Part shown: one piece after another, positions 32,184 to 41,272 of the stretch
Layout of the letters: every line of letters begins with the position of its first letter
Numbering within the stretch: position 1 is the first letter of the stretch
Assembly: GCA_044344255.1 (NCBI GenBank)
Contig: JBIJDH010000019.1
Location: 1-64,000, forward strand
DNA: 64,000 nucleotides
DNA from: Myxococcota bacterium
GTDB taxonomy: Bacteria; Myxococcota_A; UBA796; UBA2385
Direction: 5' to 3'
Notes under the pieces: generated by a model
What the model saw: the letters and a program-made list of their open reading frames with translations, nothing else
Database searches by the model: none
What the model was told of the DNA's origin: nothing
Made by a program: the position numbers and the translations under genes

Positions 32184-33884
32184 TTGCCCACCCTCGTCCG
32201 ATCGGCGCCCGTCGCGCTCCGCCGCGCCCTCTCCGGGGTCGTCGCTTATGGGCTGCTGGCGGGCATCCTCACCTGGCCGGCGATCGGTGGCATTGGGGAG
32301 GTGGTGCCGGGCAGCGACCGGGCGGACCTCTGGGACAGCCTGTGGTCGATGTGGTTCGTCCAGCAGGCCGTCTCCGATGGGGTCTGGCCGCTGCACACCA
32401 CCCTGCTCAACCACCCGAGCGGCGGCGCGCTGCTCGTGACCGATCTCCCCGCCGCCTTGTTCGGCCTCCTCTCCATCCCGCTCCTCGGGCTCCCCGCCGC
32501 CTACACCGCGCTCGTCCTCCTCCGCCTGACCGCCGCGGGCCTCGCCGCCCATGGTTTCGCCCGCGCGCTGCTCGCGGAGCGGGGCCTCCCCTCCGGGGCC
32601 GCCTTCATCGCAGGCGTGGGCTACGAGGCCGCGCCCGTGCTGCTCTCCGGCGTTCACAACGGCACGTCGGAGGCCTTCAACGGGGCCCCGGCGGCGCTGG
32701 CGGCGTGGGCCTGCTGGTCGGTCGCCCGACGAGGCGGCGGGGGTCGGATCGCCTTGGCCGGGCTCGCCCTCCTCTTCGCTTCGCTGGCGAGCTGGTACTC
32801 CGCGGTGGTCGCCTTCGTGTTCGCGGGGTCGATCGCCCTCTTCGGCCCGCCGGGGCAGGGCCTCCTCCGGCGGGCCGGCCCCCTGGCCCTGGGGCTCCTG
32901 CTGGTCGCGCCCTTCGCCTTCCTCGTCGAGCGCTCGGCGACGGCCCCTGGGAACCTCGTGGGCATCAAGGGCGCGCGGGAGCTCAGCCTCGTGCGGCGCA
33001 GCACCGGGCCGGCCGACCCCCTCGTCTATGTGCGTGGCGGAGACTTCCGCTCCCCCGACTTCCGAAAGATCTCGCGCTACGGCGAAGACTTCCTCCACTG
33101 CGCCTACCTCGGCGGGGTGCTCATCCTCGGCGCCGCCCTCGTCTCCCGCTCGGCCCGCGCGCGGCAGGGCACGGCGCCGCTCTGGCTCGGCGGGGCGCTC
33201 GGCCTCGCGCTGTCGCTCGGCCCGGTCGTGGTGCAGGGCGGAGCGCCGCTCATCTTCCTCGGAGACCGCGCCTTCCCGCTCCCCTACCTCCTCGTCGAGC
33301 GACTCCCAGGCTTCTCCAGCCTCTCCCTCCTCTACCGGCTGGGCCAGGCGCCCGCCCTCGCGGCGGCCCTCCTCGCCTCCCTGGGCTGGTCGAGCCAGCT
33401 CCCGCGCTCCGCCCCCGTTGTGGTGATCGGGATCTTGGTGGAGCTCCGACTGCTGTCCCCCCTCCAGGGGCTGCCCGACGTCTCCGACGCGCAGGTGGGC
33501 CCCGCGATCGCCGCCCTGGCCCAAGCCCCCGCCGGCGCGGTGATCAACTTCCCCGTCGTGGGCGGTCGCGGCTACCTCTTCGAGCAGACGGTCCACGGCA
33601 AGCCCCTCGCCGCGACGCTCAACTTCCCGAACAGCCTCGTCGGCAAGCGGGTGTGGCAGGCCATGCTCGACCGGGTCGACCTCCCGGCCGCCCGCTTCCA
33701 GGCCGAGGTGGCGCGGGCCGCCCGCAAAGAGGGGATCCGCTACGTCGTCGTCCACCAGGACCCCTCCGCCCGCCCCGACATGCACGACGGCGCCGTCGCC
33801 GCCCTCCGCGCCGCCCGCTCACCCCTGGCCCGCAGCGGCAGCATCGGTGAGGAGGGGTCGATCGAGGTGTACGCGCTGTGGTGA
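32184..33884 (+). CDS. Polytopic membrane protein, possible GT-C-like (start uncertain)
   Basis: Multiple TM segments, LFEQTVHGKPL. Paralogue-like to 6437-8008. Stop overlaps the next GTG. Confidence 0.65.
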   Translation: MPTLVRSAPVALRRALSGVVAYGLLAGILTWPAIGGIGEVVPGSDRADLWDSLWSMWFVQQAVSDGVWPLHTTLLNHPSGGALLVTDLPAALFGLLSIPLLGLPAAYTALVLLRLTAAGLAAHGFARALLAERGLPSGAAFIAGVGYEAAPVLLSGVHNGTSEAFNGAPAALAAWACWSVARRGGGGRIALAGLALLFASLASWYSAVVAFVFAGSIALFGPPGQGLLRRAGPLALGLLLVAPFAFLVERSATAPGNLVGIKGARELSLVRRSTGPADPLVYVRGGDFRSPDFRKISRYGEDFLHCAYLGGVLILGAALVSRSARARQGTAPLWLGGALGLALSLGPVVVQGGAPLIFLGDRAFPLPYLLVERLPGFSSLSLLYRLGQAPALAAALLASLGWSSQLPRSAPVVVIGILVELRLLSPLQGLPDVSDAQVGPAIAALAQAPAGAVINFPVVGGRGYLFEQTVHGKPLAATLNFPNSLVGKRVWQAMLDRVDLPAARFQAEVARAARKEGIRYVVVHQDPSARPDMHDGAVAALRAARSPLARSGSIGEEGSIEVYALW

Positions 33885-35095
33885 AGCCCTCCTCCAGCCC
33901 AACGGTCAGCCCTGCCGTCCAGGGCGGCCTCTTCCCCGCTCCGCGCGGGCCCGAGGGGCTGTCGGGCCCTGCGGGCGAGCTGCCCTGGCTCGGTCAACCC
34001 TTGGCGCGAGGTCAGGAGGCCGCCTTCGACCGGGCCCGGGTGCCCCTCCGCGCCCAGCCGGACGAGGGCGCCACCCGCCTGCTCCTCCGCGAAGACGCCG
34101 CCGTCACCGCCGAGGCCCTGATCGCCCTCCAAGCCCACCCCGAGGCCGGCGATCTCGCCTGGGCGGCGGGCGGACGCAGCGGGGCCCTCGCCTTGGAGCT
34201 CGCCTTCTCCGATCCCGGGCCGCTGCTCGTCCGCCTCGCGCCCGGGGGCCCGATCACGCCCACGCGCATCGCGGCGGCGCGGCGGGTGGAGATCGACCCG
34301 AAGGAGCGCCTGCTCCGCTTCGACGTGCCCCGATCCCAGTTTGGCGTAGATGCGATCGAGCTCCCCTTGAGCGACCGCCTCGTGCTCCCCTGCGGCCACT
34401 GGCTGCAGCTGCTGTGGGCGAACCTGCTGGCGCTCGGGCCCTTCCTCTGGCGCGAGCTCATCGGCCAAAACCCGCTCCTCGCGATCCCCCGCCTGCTGTG
34501 GGCCTGGCTCCGCGCCCGCTCCTTCGACCCCAAGCGCATCGGCGCCCAGCTCGGCCGCCGCGGGGCGCGCTGCCGCGTCCACCCCACCGCGGTGGTGGAG
34601 GGCTCCTGGCTCGGAGATGACGTCACCATCGGCGCCCTCGCGGTGGTGCGAGGCTGCGTGCTGGCCGACGGCGCCATCGTCGAGGAGCTGGCCCACGTCG
34701 AAGGCAGCTTCCTCGCCCCCGGCGCGGCGGCCCAGCGGATGGCCCTCGTCAAGTACACGGTCCTCCGCGAGGGCGCCGCCGGGGCCGGGGCGATGCAGAT
34801 GTCGGTCCTCGACCGGGGGGCCGCTGTCAAGTACAACGCCCTGCTGATGGATCAGGTCCTCCGCGGCAGCGTGCGTGTCCAATCCGGAGGGGGGCTCCAC
34901 AAGGCCCCCTTCGGGCTCGCCGGCGTCTGCGTGGGCGAAGGCACGCTCATCGCCGCCGCCGTGCTGATCGCCCCTGGCCGGGCCCTTCCGCCCGGCCTCC
35001 TCATCGTGCCCGATCCCGACAGCGTGGTCGGTCAGATCCCGGCGGGGCTGTCGGGCCGGGTCACCGCGCGCCACGGCCGCCTGGAGCCGCTGTGA
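33881..35095 (+). CDS. Hypothetical protein with left-handed beta-helix (hexapeptide) region
   Basis: VHPTAVVEGSWLGDDVTIGALAVVRGCVLADGAIV-type hexapeptide repeats. Confidence 0.7.
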   Translation: MKPSSSPTVSPAVQGGLFPAPRGPEGLSGPAGELPWLGQPLARGQEAAFDRARVPLRAQPDEGATRLLLREDAAVTAEALIALQAHPEAGDLAWAAGGRSGALALELAFSDPGPLLVRLAPGGPITPTRIAAARRVEIDPKERLLRFDVPRSQFGVDAIELPLSDRLVLPCGHWLQLLWANLLALGPFLWRELIGQNPLLAIPRLLWAWLRARSFDPKRIGAQLGRRGARCRVHPTAVVEGSWLGDDVTIGALAVVRGCVLADGAIVEELAHVEGSFLAPGAAAQRMALVKYTVLREGAAGAGAMQMSVLDRGAAVKYNALLMDQVLRGSVRVQSGGGLHKAPFGLAGVCVGEGTLIAAAVLIAPGRALPPGLLIVPDPDSVVGQIPAGLSGRVTARHGRLEPL

Positions 35096-36285
35096 ACCTC
35101 TGGGGAGACCCCACCCTCAACATCGTGCTGGCCGTCGGCTATCTCGGCCTCATCAGCCTCATGTGGCTCCTGCTCTGCCTCGGCGTGCCCCTCTGGGGGC
35201 GCCGCTGGTCGATGGCGGCGAGCCACGAGGCCCCCGCGGAGCCCGCGCCACGGGTGACCATCTGCGTACCGGCCCGCAACGAGGCCCTCAACATCGGCGC
35301 CTGCGTGGCCGCGGCGCTGAAGAGCGAGTGGCCGGCCCTCGAGCTGGTCGTCATCGACGATCGCTCCGAGGATCGCACTGGCGACCTCGCCCGCGAGGCC
35401 GCCGCCGGCGATCCACGCTGTCGCGTGATCTCCGGCGTCGAGCCCCCGACCGGGTGGGCGGGCAAGGTCTGGGCCTGCGCGCGGGCGGCGGGCGAGGCGC
35501 AGGGCGAGCTGCTCCTCTTCATCGACGCCGACGTCGTGCTGCACCCTCGGGCCGTGCCGACGCTGGTGGCCACCCTGCGCGCGGAGCGCCTCTCCCTCCT
35601 CTCCTGCTATGGCCGCTGGACGCTCGTGACGTTCTGGGAGCGGGCCGTGATCCCCACCGTGGGCTGGCTCATCCGCGGCGCGGTCGACCTCGATCGGGTC
35701 AACGATCCCGGGCGCCCCGAGGCCTTCGCGAACGGGCAGCTCATCTTGGTCCAACGCGCCGACTACGAGGGCCTGGGTGGGCACGGCGCCGTTCGGGATC
35801 AGATCCTCGATGATGTGCGCCTCGGCGAGGCCTTCAAGCGGCGAGGCCTCCGCATCGGGCTCCGGGCGGCCGCCTGGGCCTTCGATGTACGCCTCTACCG
35901 TTCCCTCTCCGAGATCGTGCACGGCTACACGAAGAACCTCTACGAGGGCATGGGCCGCCAGCCGCTCGTGGGCCTCGGGGCCGTGTTGTTCATCTTCGTG
36001 GGCACGCTCTTCCCCTTCGCGGCGCTGGCGGGCTGCCTCGTCGGCAGGCTGCTCTTCGGCTGGGGGGAGCCCGGCTGGGGCTGGATCGCCTGGATCGCCG
36101 CGACCTGCGGGCTCCAGCTCGCCTTCCGGGCGCGGGTCGAGCTGCGGGACGGCCGATCCCCCCTGATCGCCTGGACGCACCCCCTCGCAAACCTACTGCT
36201 GGTGTGGATCCTCATCCGATCGGTGCTCGGCATGGAGGCGCGCTGGAAGGGGCGGCGCTTCGTAGACGGCCGCGCGGCGCCCTGA
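35092..36285 (+). CDS. Glycosyltransferase family 2, membrane-bound (CrtQ/HpnB-like)
   Basis: VPARNE, DDRSED, GWAGKVWAC, FIDAD, ANGQ, ILDDV, WKGR. Confidence 0.9.
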   Translation: MNLWGDPTLNIVLAVGYLGLISLMWLLLCLGVPLWGRRWSMAASHEAPAEPAPRVTICVPARNEALNIGACVAAALKSEWPALELVVIDDRSEDRTGDLAREAAAGDPRCRVISGVEPPTGWAGKVWACARAAGEAQGELLLFIDADVVLHPRAVPTLVATLRAERLSLLSCYGRWTLVTFWERAVIPTVGWLIRGAVDLDRVNDPGRPEAFANGQLILVQRADYEGLGGHGAVRDQILDDVRLGEAFKRRGLRIGLRAAAWAFDVRLYRSLSEIVHGYTKNLYEGMGRQPLVGLGAVLFIFVGTLFPFAALAGCLVGRLLFGWGEPGWGWIAWIAATCGLQLAFRARVELRDGRSPLIAWTHPLANLLLVWILIRSVLGMEARWKGRRFVDGRAAP

Positions 36286-36331
36286 CCGGCCACCCCGCGC
36301 GGGGTCCGCGAAGGGGTGCCGAATCGAGGAC

Positions 36332-36401
36332 CCGAAACGACAAACGCCGCTCCCGGAGGAGCGGCGCCGAAACGACAAACGCCGCTCCCGGAGGAGCGGC
36401 G
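36332..36401 (-). terminator. Tandemly duplicated 35-bp terminator hairpin downstream of tRNA-Gly
   Basis: CCGAAACGACAAACGCCGCTCCCGGAGGAGCGGCG twice. The minus strand gives a GC stem followed by TTTGTCGTTT. Confidence 0.75.
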
Positions 36402-36436
36402 TCTGTGGGGGAACGCACAGAGGCGCACCCAAAGAG

Positions 36437-36512
36437 TGGAGCGGGAGACGGGACTCGAACCCGCGACATCCAGCATGGCAAGCTGGTGCTCTACCAACTG
36501 AGCTACTCCCGC
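36437..36512 (-). tRNA. tRNA-Gly (GCC)
   Basis: GCGGGAGTAGCTCAGTTGGTAGAGCACCAGCTTGCCATGCTGGATGTCGCGGGTTCGAGTCCCGTCTCCCGCTCCA: cloverleaf, anticodon GCC, encoded CCA. Confidence 0.97.
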
Positions 36513-36533
36513 GAGCAGCCCTGAGGCCCTGAC

Positions 36534-36562
36534 CGATTATCCAGCCCCCACCGCACCGTCAA
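36534..36562 (-). promoter_or_regulatory. Candidate housekeeping promoter of tRNA-Gly
   Basis: TTGACG-N17-TAATCG about 20 nt upstream of the tRNA. Confidence 0.55.
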
Positions 36563-36979
36563 GTCACTTTCTTAAGAAGCTCTCTGGACCGATCTCACAG
36601 CAGGAGACTGAGCCAGGGCACCCAAGGGGTGAACGTCACGGACATGGAGGGCTATCAACACACGGCCGCCAGAAGGCATCACCTTCGGACGCCCGCCTTC
36701 TAATCGATCCCATCGCTGCGTCAAGGCCACCCCTCCGAGCCGCACCGCAAAAATGTGAGCCCGCCGCTCCGCGGTGATGGGGCGGCGACGTGTCAGGACT
36801 TGTGCACACGAACGGATTTCGGCTAAGCTCAGCGCTCCTGTGATGTTCGCCCCGTCTCGAATCTGCTCGCGACGCTCGGCCGCACCTCGCAGCCCTCCTG
36901 CCTCAGCTGGTCCCCAGGCAGGCCCTCTTGGAATCGTCCGACGGACCGTCAGAGCTGGCGGTGAGAAGTGGAGCACGAA

Positions 36980-38770
36980 ATGCGATTGGTCTTCGTAGCC
37001 CCGATCCTGGCGCTGACCCTGGCCCTCGGTGCATGCTCCGACAAGGCGACGCCCAGCAACGCAGACTCGCCCAACGGTGCGGGCGACGGCGGCAATGACA
37101 CCTACGTCGCGGCGGCGGACGGCGACGGCGACGGTTGGACCGACGCCACCGGCGACTGTAACGACGCCGACGCCACCGTGTACCCAGGCGCCGACGAGGC
37201 CTGCAACGGCGTCGACGACAACTGCAACGGCCAGACCGACGAGGGCTTCGGTGACGTCGACGGAGACGGCACGAAGGACTGCTCGGACTCCGAAGAGTGC
37301 GACGGCCGCGACAACGACGGCGACGGCGAGGTGGACGAGGGCTTTGACACCGACGGCGACGGTCAGGCCGACTGCACCGCGGTCGAGATCTGCGACGGCG
37401 TCGACAACAACGCCGATGGCACCATCGACGAGGGCTTCGACCTCGACGGCGACGGCTACACCTCCTGCGGCACCACCACCGTCCTCGCCGACTGCAACGA
37501 CGAAGACGCCGCCATCCACCCCGGCCAGTCCGAGGTCGACGGCGACCTCGTCGACAACGACTGCGACGGCGTGATCGACGTCCTCGTCTGGGAGGCAGGC
37601 GACGTCATCCTCACCGAGATCATGGTCAACCCGGGCAACGTCATCGACTCCGACGGCGAGTGGTTCGAGGTCACCAACGTCACCGACCACACCGTGCTGC
37701 TCAACGGCATCACGATCTCGTCTTCCGTGGACGTCGACCTCCATCAGATCACCTCCGACACCCCGCTGACCGTCGAGCCCGGCGAGTCCTTCGTGCTGGG
37801 CGCCAACGACGTCCTCACCGCGAACGGGGGTGTGGCGATCGACTACATGTACGCCGACATCGACCTCGCCAACGAGGCCGACTCCATCGTGCTCGAGATC
37901 GACGGCCTGCTCATCGACGAGGTCACCTGGGACGACGGGCTCACCTTCCCCGACGTCCAGGGCGCCAGCATGACGCTTGACCCCACCTGGCTCAGCGCTG
38001 ACCTCAACGACAGCGGCGACAGCTGGTGCCAGGCCACCACCTTCTGGGGCTCGGCCACGGACTTCGGCACCCCGGGCGCCACCAACGAGTGGTGCTTCCC
38101 GGTCGTCGTCGTGGACTACGACCACAGCGCCGGGCTCACCACCTGCTCCTCGACGCAGCTCATCGGCTCGGGCTCCTACGATCCCGAAGGCCTGCCGGTC
38201 ACCTATGAGTGGTCGATCGTGAGCGCGCCCTCGGGCTCGGTGCTCACGTCCTCGGACATCGAGGATCCCACCAGCGCCGACCCCTTCATCACCCCCGACG
38301 TGCCCGGCACCTACATCTTCTCGCTGACCGTCTACAACGGCTCCGAGTACTCGCCGCCCGCCACGATCACCCTCGACTTCACCGAGCGGGCCTTCAACAC
38401 CGCGCCGATCGCCGACGCCGGGGATGACAGCTCGTACTCCGAGACCGCCACCTGCACCCCGATCAGCTACGGCGCGTCGTACAGCTGCGCCGCCTGCGCC
38501 GACTACGACTTCGAGCTCGACGGTACGCAGTCCAGCGATCCCGACGGCGACTGGCTCGGTGACCCCGCCTGGGCCTTTGTGACCACCTCGTCCTACGCCA
38601 CCATGGTTGACGAGGACACCTGGACGCCGACCGTCACGATCTCCGGCGTGCCCTCGTCCCACGGCGTGGCCACCACCACCTCCGTGACCGTTCAGCTCTC
38701 GGTGTCCGACTGCATGGGCGCGGTCTCCACCGACGACGTCGTGCTCACCCACGTCTGCACCGGCTCCTAA
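36980..38770 (+). CDS. Lipoprotein with MopE-type putative metal-binding repeats, lamin-tail domain and PKD/REJ-like domains
   Basis: Lipobox LGAC, DCNDADATVYPGADEACNGVDDNC repeats, ILTEIMVNP..EWFEV..GTPGATN, SYDPEG..YEWSIVSAP. Confidence 0.82.
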   Translation: MRLVFVAPILALTLALGACSDKATPSNADSPNGAGDGGNDTYVAAADGDGDGWTDATGDCNDADATVYPGADEACNGVDDNCNGQTDEGFGDVDGDGTKDCSDSEECDGRDNDGDGEVDEGFDTDGDGQADCTAVEICDGVDNNADGTIDEGFDLDGDGYTSCGTTTVLADCNDEDAAIHPGQSEVDGDLVDNDCDGVIDVLVWEAGDVILTEIMVNPGNVIDSDGEWFEVTNVTDHTVLLNGITISSSVDVDLHQITSDTPLTVEPGESFVLGANDVLTANGGVAIDYMYADIDLANEADSIVLEIDGLLIDEVTWDDGLTFPDVQGASMTLDPTWLSADLNDSGDSWCQATTFWGSATDFGTPGATNEWCFPVVVVDYDHSAGLTTCSSTQLIGSGSYDPEGLPVTYEWSIVSAPSGSVLTSSDIEDPTSADPFITPDVPGTYIFSLTVYNGSEYSPPATITLDFTERAFNTAPIADAGDDSSYSETATCTPISYGASYSCAACADYDFELDGTQSSDPDGDWLGDPAWAFVTTSSYATMVDEDTWTPTVTISGVPSSHGVATTTSVTVQLSVSDCMGAVSTDDVVLTHVCTGS

Positions 38771-38782
38771 GCGGCCGGGCGC

Positions 38783-40150
38783 TCAGGGTCGGGCGCGGGT
38801 CGCGATCCGCGTGATGAAGGGGGCCGCCTCGGGCAGCGCGGCCTCCTGGGTCGCCTTGGCCGCCTGCCGCGCGAGCTCCGCCTTCAAGGACCGCAGCGCG
38901 TCCTCGTAGGCGGTGGTGTCGGGGCCCCCCGACATGCGAGAGAGGGCCAGCCAGGCTGATCCATCGGCGGCGTGCGCGCGGAGCAGCGCGCTGTCGACCG
39001 TACCCCCGCGGGTGCCGAGCAGAGCGTCGGAGAGGGGGACGAGGCCGCGGTAGAAGGTGGGCTTGTCGTGGGTGACCTCGACGCCGTCGATCGCGGCCTT
39101 GAGCGCCACGAGCGCCCAGAGGGTGGAGAGCGGCCCCACGCTGGCCTCCCACCGCCGGGCCACCTCCAGCGTGGCCACCCGATCGAGGCCGCCGCAGGCC
39201 CCCTCGGGACAGCGGTCGCGGAGGCGCGCAGCGGTGAGCGCGACGAGGGCGAGGCCGGTAGACCGCTCCGCCGCCGCGTCCCGGCTGAGCTCGACCCGCG
39301 CGCTCGTGAGCAGGGCGTCGATGGGATCGAGCCCCGCGGCCAGCCCGAGCTCGGCCGCCACCGCGGTCCGGCGCGCCTGCCAGGCCTCCCGCTCGGCCGA
39401 GGTGTCGGCGGAGACCTGCTCGAGGGCGAGCACGGTGGCCCGGGAGAGGGCCGCGGCGCCGCGGGAGGCGGCGGCGGGATCGGCGGCCCCGGCGGCTCGG
39501 GCCAGGAGGAGGGCGCCCGTCGGGCTGTCGATGAGCCGATCGTAGACCCCGGGCTCGAGGGCCGCGGCCACGGGCCCGAGGGGGAGGCTCGGATCGTCGA
39601 ACCAGCCGAGCAGGACGCGGCGCTCGGCCATCCAGAGGGCGTCCCGGCGCGCCAGGGCGGGGTCGTCGCGGATCCAGGCGAGGGGAGCCCGGGCCATCAG
39701 CGCTGGCGGCCGCTCGTCGAGGCGCACCGGCCCGAGCCAGGCGCCGATCTGATCGTCGGTCGCCTCCGAGCCCGTGGCCACCAGCACCTCCATCGCCGCG
39801 AGGCGCGCGCCGCGGGCCAAGGGCACCGCGACCGTGCCGGCGTGGCGCACCTCGAGCTCCCCCCAGTCGCGGGGCGGCGGGTCCTGCCGACGGGCCACCC
39901 GCGCCCAGGCCTCGAGGGCCGCGCCCTGCGGCGCCCCCACCCAGAAGCCCGATCCCCGCGGCGTCACCCGCCGGACGAGCGGGTCTCTCCCCACCGCGAG
40001 GCGGAGCGCCGCCTCCATCGTCGTCGGCGCCACCTCCGGGGCCGCCGCCTCGACCGGGCGGACCTGGAGGTGGGGCGGCACGGTCCGCGGGGCGCAGCCG
40101 AGCAGCCCGCAGAGGAGGTGCGAGACGAGGAGCCGGCGCCCTGCGGTCAT
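38783..40150 (-). CDS. Hypothetical lipoprotein
   Basis: LLGC lipobox, translationally coupled to pyrD (ATGA overlap). Confidence 0.6.
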   Translation of the reverse strand: MTAGRRLLVSHLLCGLLGCAPRTVPPHLQVRPVEAAAPEVAPTTMEAALRLAVGRDPLVRRVTPRGSGFWVGAPQGAALEAWARVARRQDPPPRDWGELEVRHAGTVAVPLARGARLAAMEVLVATGSEATDDQIGAWLGPVRLDERPPALMARAPLAWIRDDPALARRDALWMAERRVLLGWFDDPSLPLGPVAAALEPGVYDRLIDSPTGALLLARAAGAADPAAASRGAAALSRATVLALEQVSADTSAEREAWQARRTAVAAELGLAAGLDPIDALLTSARVELSRDAAAERSTGLALVALTAARLRDRCPEGACGGLDRVATLEVARRWEASVGPLSTLWALVALKAAIDGVEVTHDKPTFYRGLVPLSDALLGTRGGTVDSALLRAHAADGSAWLALSRMSGGPDTTAYEDALRSLKAELARQAAKATQEAALPEAAPFITRIATRARP

Positions 40151-41175
40151 CGTGCGTCCAGGAGCGCGCGGTGGATGCGCGAGGCGAGGCCCGGCCCCTC
40201 ATAGATCAGGCCGCTGTAGATCTGCACCGCCCGGCAGCCCATCGCCAAGAGCTCCGCGGCGGCCTCGGGACCCGCGACCCCACCGACGCCGATCACCGGC
40301 AGCCGCCCCGCGGACGCGGCCAGCACCTCCCCGATGCGCGCCCGCGCCAGCGGCCAGAGCGGGGCCCCCGACAGCCCCCCGGCCTCGCCGAGCCGCCCGG
40401 TGGTGCCCGGCCGGCTGGTGGTGGTGTTGGTGGCGATGATCCCGGCGCAGCCCGTCTCCACGGCGACCTCGACGATCGGGCCGAGCTCTTCGGGGTTGAG
40501 GTCTGGCGCCAGCTTGAGGAAGACCGGCCGCGGCCGCGCCCCCTCCACCACCCGCCCGAGCAGGGCCCGGAGCCGGGTGGGCTCCTGGAGGGCGCGGAGG
40601 TCAGGGGTGTTGGGTGAGCTCACGTTGACGGTGAAGTAGTCGACCAGCTCGGTGAGCTCGGTCACGCAGCCGAGGTAGTCGCGCTCGGCCTCGTCGTTCG
40701 GCGTGTCCTTGTTCCGCCCGATGTTGGCGCCCACGGGCACAGCGGGCCAGGCCCCCGACTCCCGCAGCGCCCGCAGCCGGTCGCGCAGGGCCACCACGCC
40801 GCCGTTGTTGAAGCCCATCCGGTTGATGATCGCGCGCTCCGGCGGGAGCCGGAACATCCGTGGAGCCGGGTTGCCAGGCTGGGGCCGCGGGGTCACCGTC
40901 CCCACCTCGACGAAGCCGAAGCCCAGCGCCGCCCAGACCGGGATGGCGAGCCCGTCCTTGTCGAGACCGGCCGCGAGGCCGACCGGGCCGGCGAGCCGCA
41001 GCCCCGCGAGCTCCACCGCGAGGCGAGGGTCGGTCGACGCCACCATCGCCCCGAGCAGGCCAGCGGCGAGGCGGGGCGCCGCGGAGAGGCTGTCCAGCAC
41101 GGCGCTGTGGGCCCGCTCGGCGTCGAGCTGAAAGAGCAGCGGTCGGGCGAGGCGCCAGCTGAGGTCGAGCAGCAT
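40147..41175 (-). CDS. pyrD: Quinone-dependent dihydroorotate dehydrogenase (class 2)
   Basis: GLAAGLDK, INRMGFNN, NVSSPNT, KLAPD, TNTT, GGLSG. Confidence 0.96.
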   Translation of the reverse strand: MLLDLSWRLARPLLFQLDAERAHSAVLDSLSAAPRLAAGLLGAMVASTDPRLAVELAGLRLAGPVGLAAGLDKDGLAIPVWAALGFGFVEVGTVTPRPQPGNPAPRMFRLPPERAIINRMGFNNGGVVALRDRLRALRESGAWPAVPVGANIGRNKDTPNDEAERDYLGCVTELTELVDYFTVNVSSPNTPDLRALQEPTRLRALLGRVVEGARPRPVFLKLAPDLNPEELGPIVEVAVETGCAGIIATNTTTSRPGTTGRLGEAGGLSGAPLWPLARARIGEVLAASAGRLPVIGVGGVAGPEAAAELLAMGCRAVQIYSGLIYEGPGLASRIHRALLDAR

Positions 41176-41272
41176 CGGAGCTCCAGCCGGTCGGCTATCC
41201 CGCCACCCGGCCTGCGGCGTCGGGTAGCCGGAGCCCGGAAGGGCCGCGTCGCGTCGTGCTACGTTTCAGCCC

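Noticed and set aside
36437..36980. tRNA-Gly as an integration site of a genomic island
   Set aside because: No integrase and no duplicated tRNA 3' end seen in the window. The flanking genes look native.
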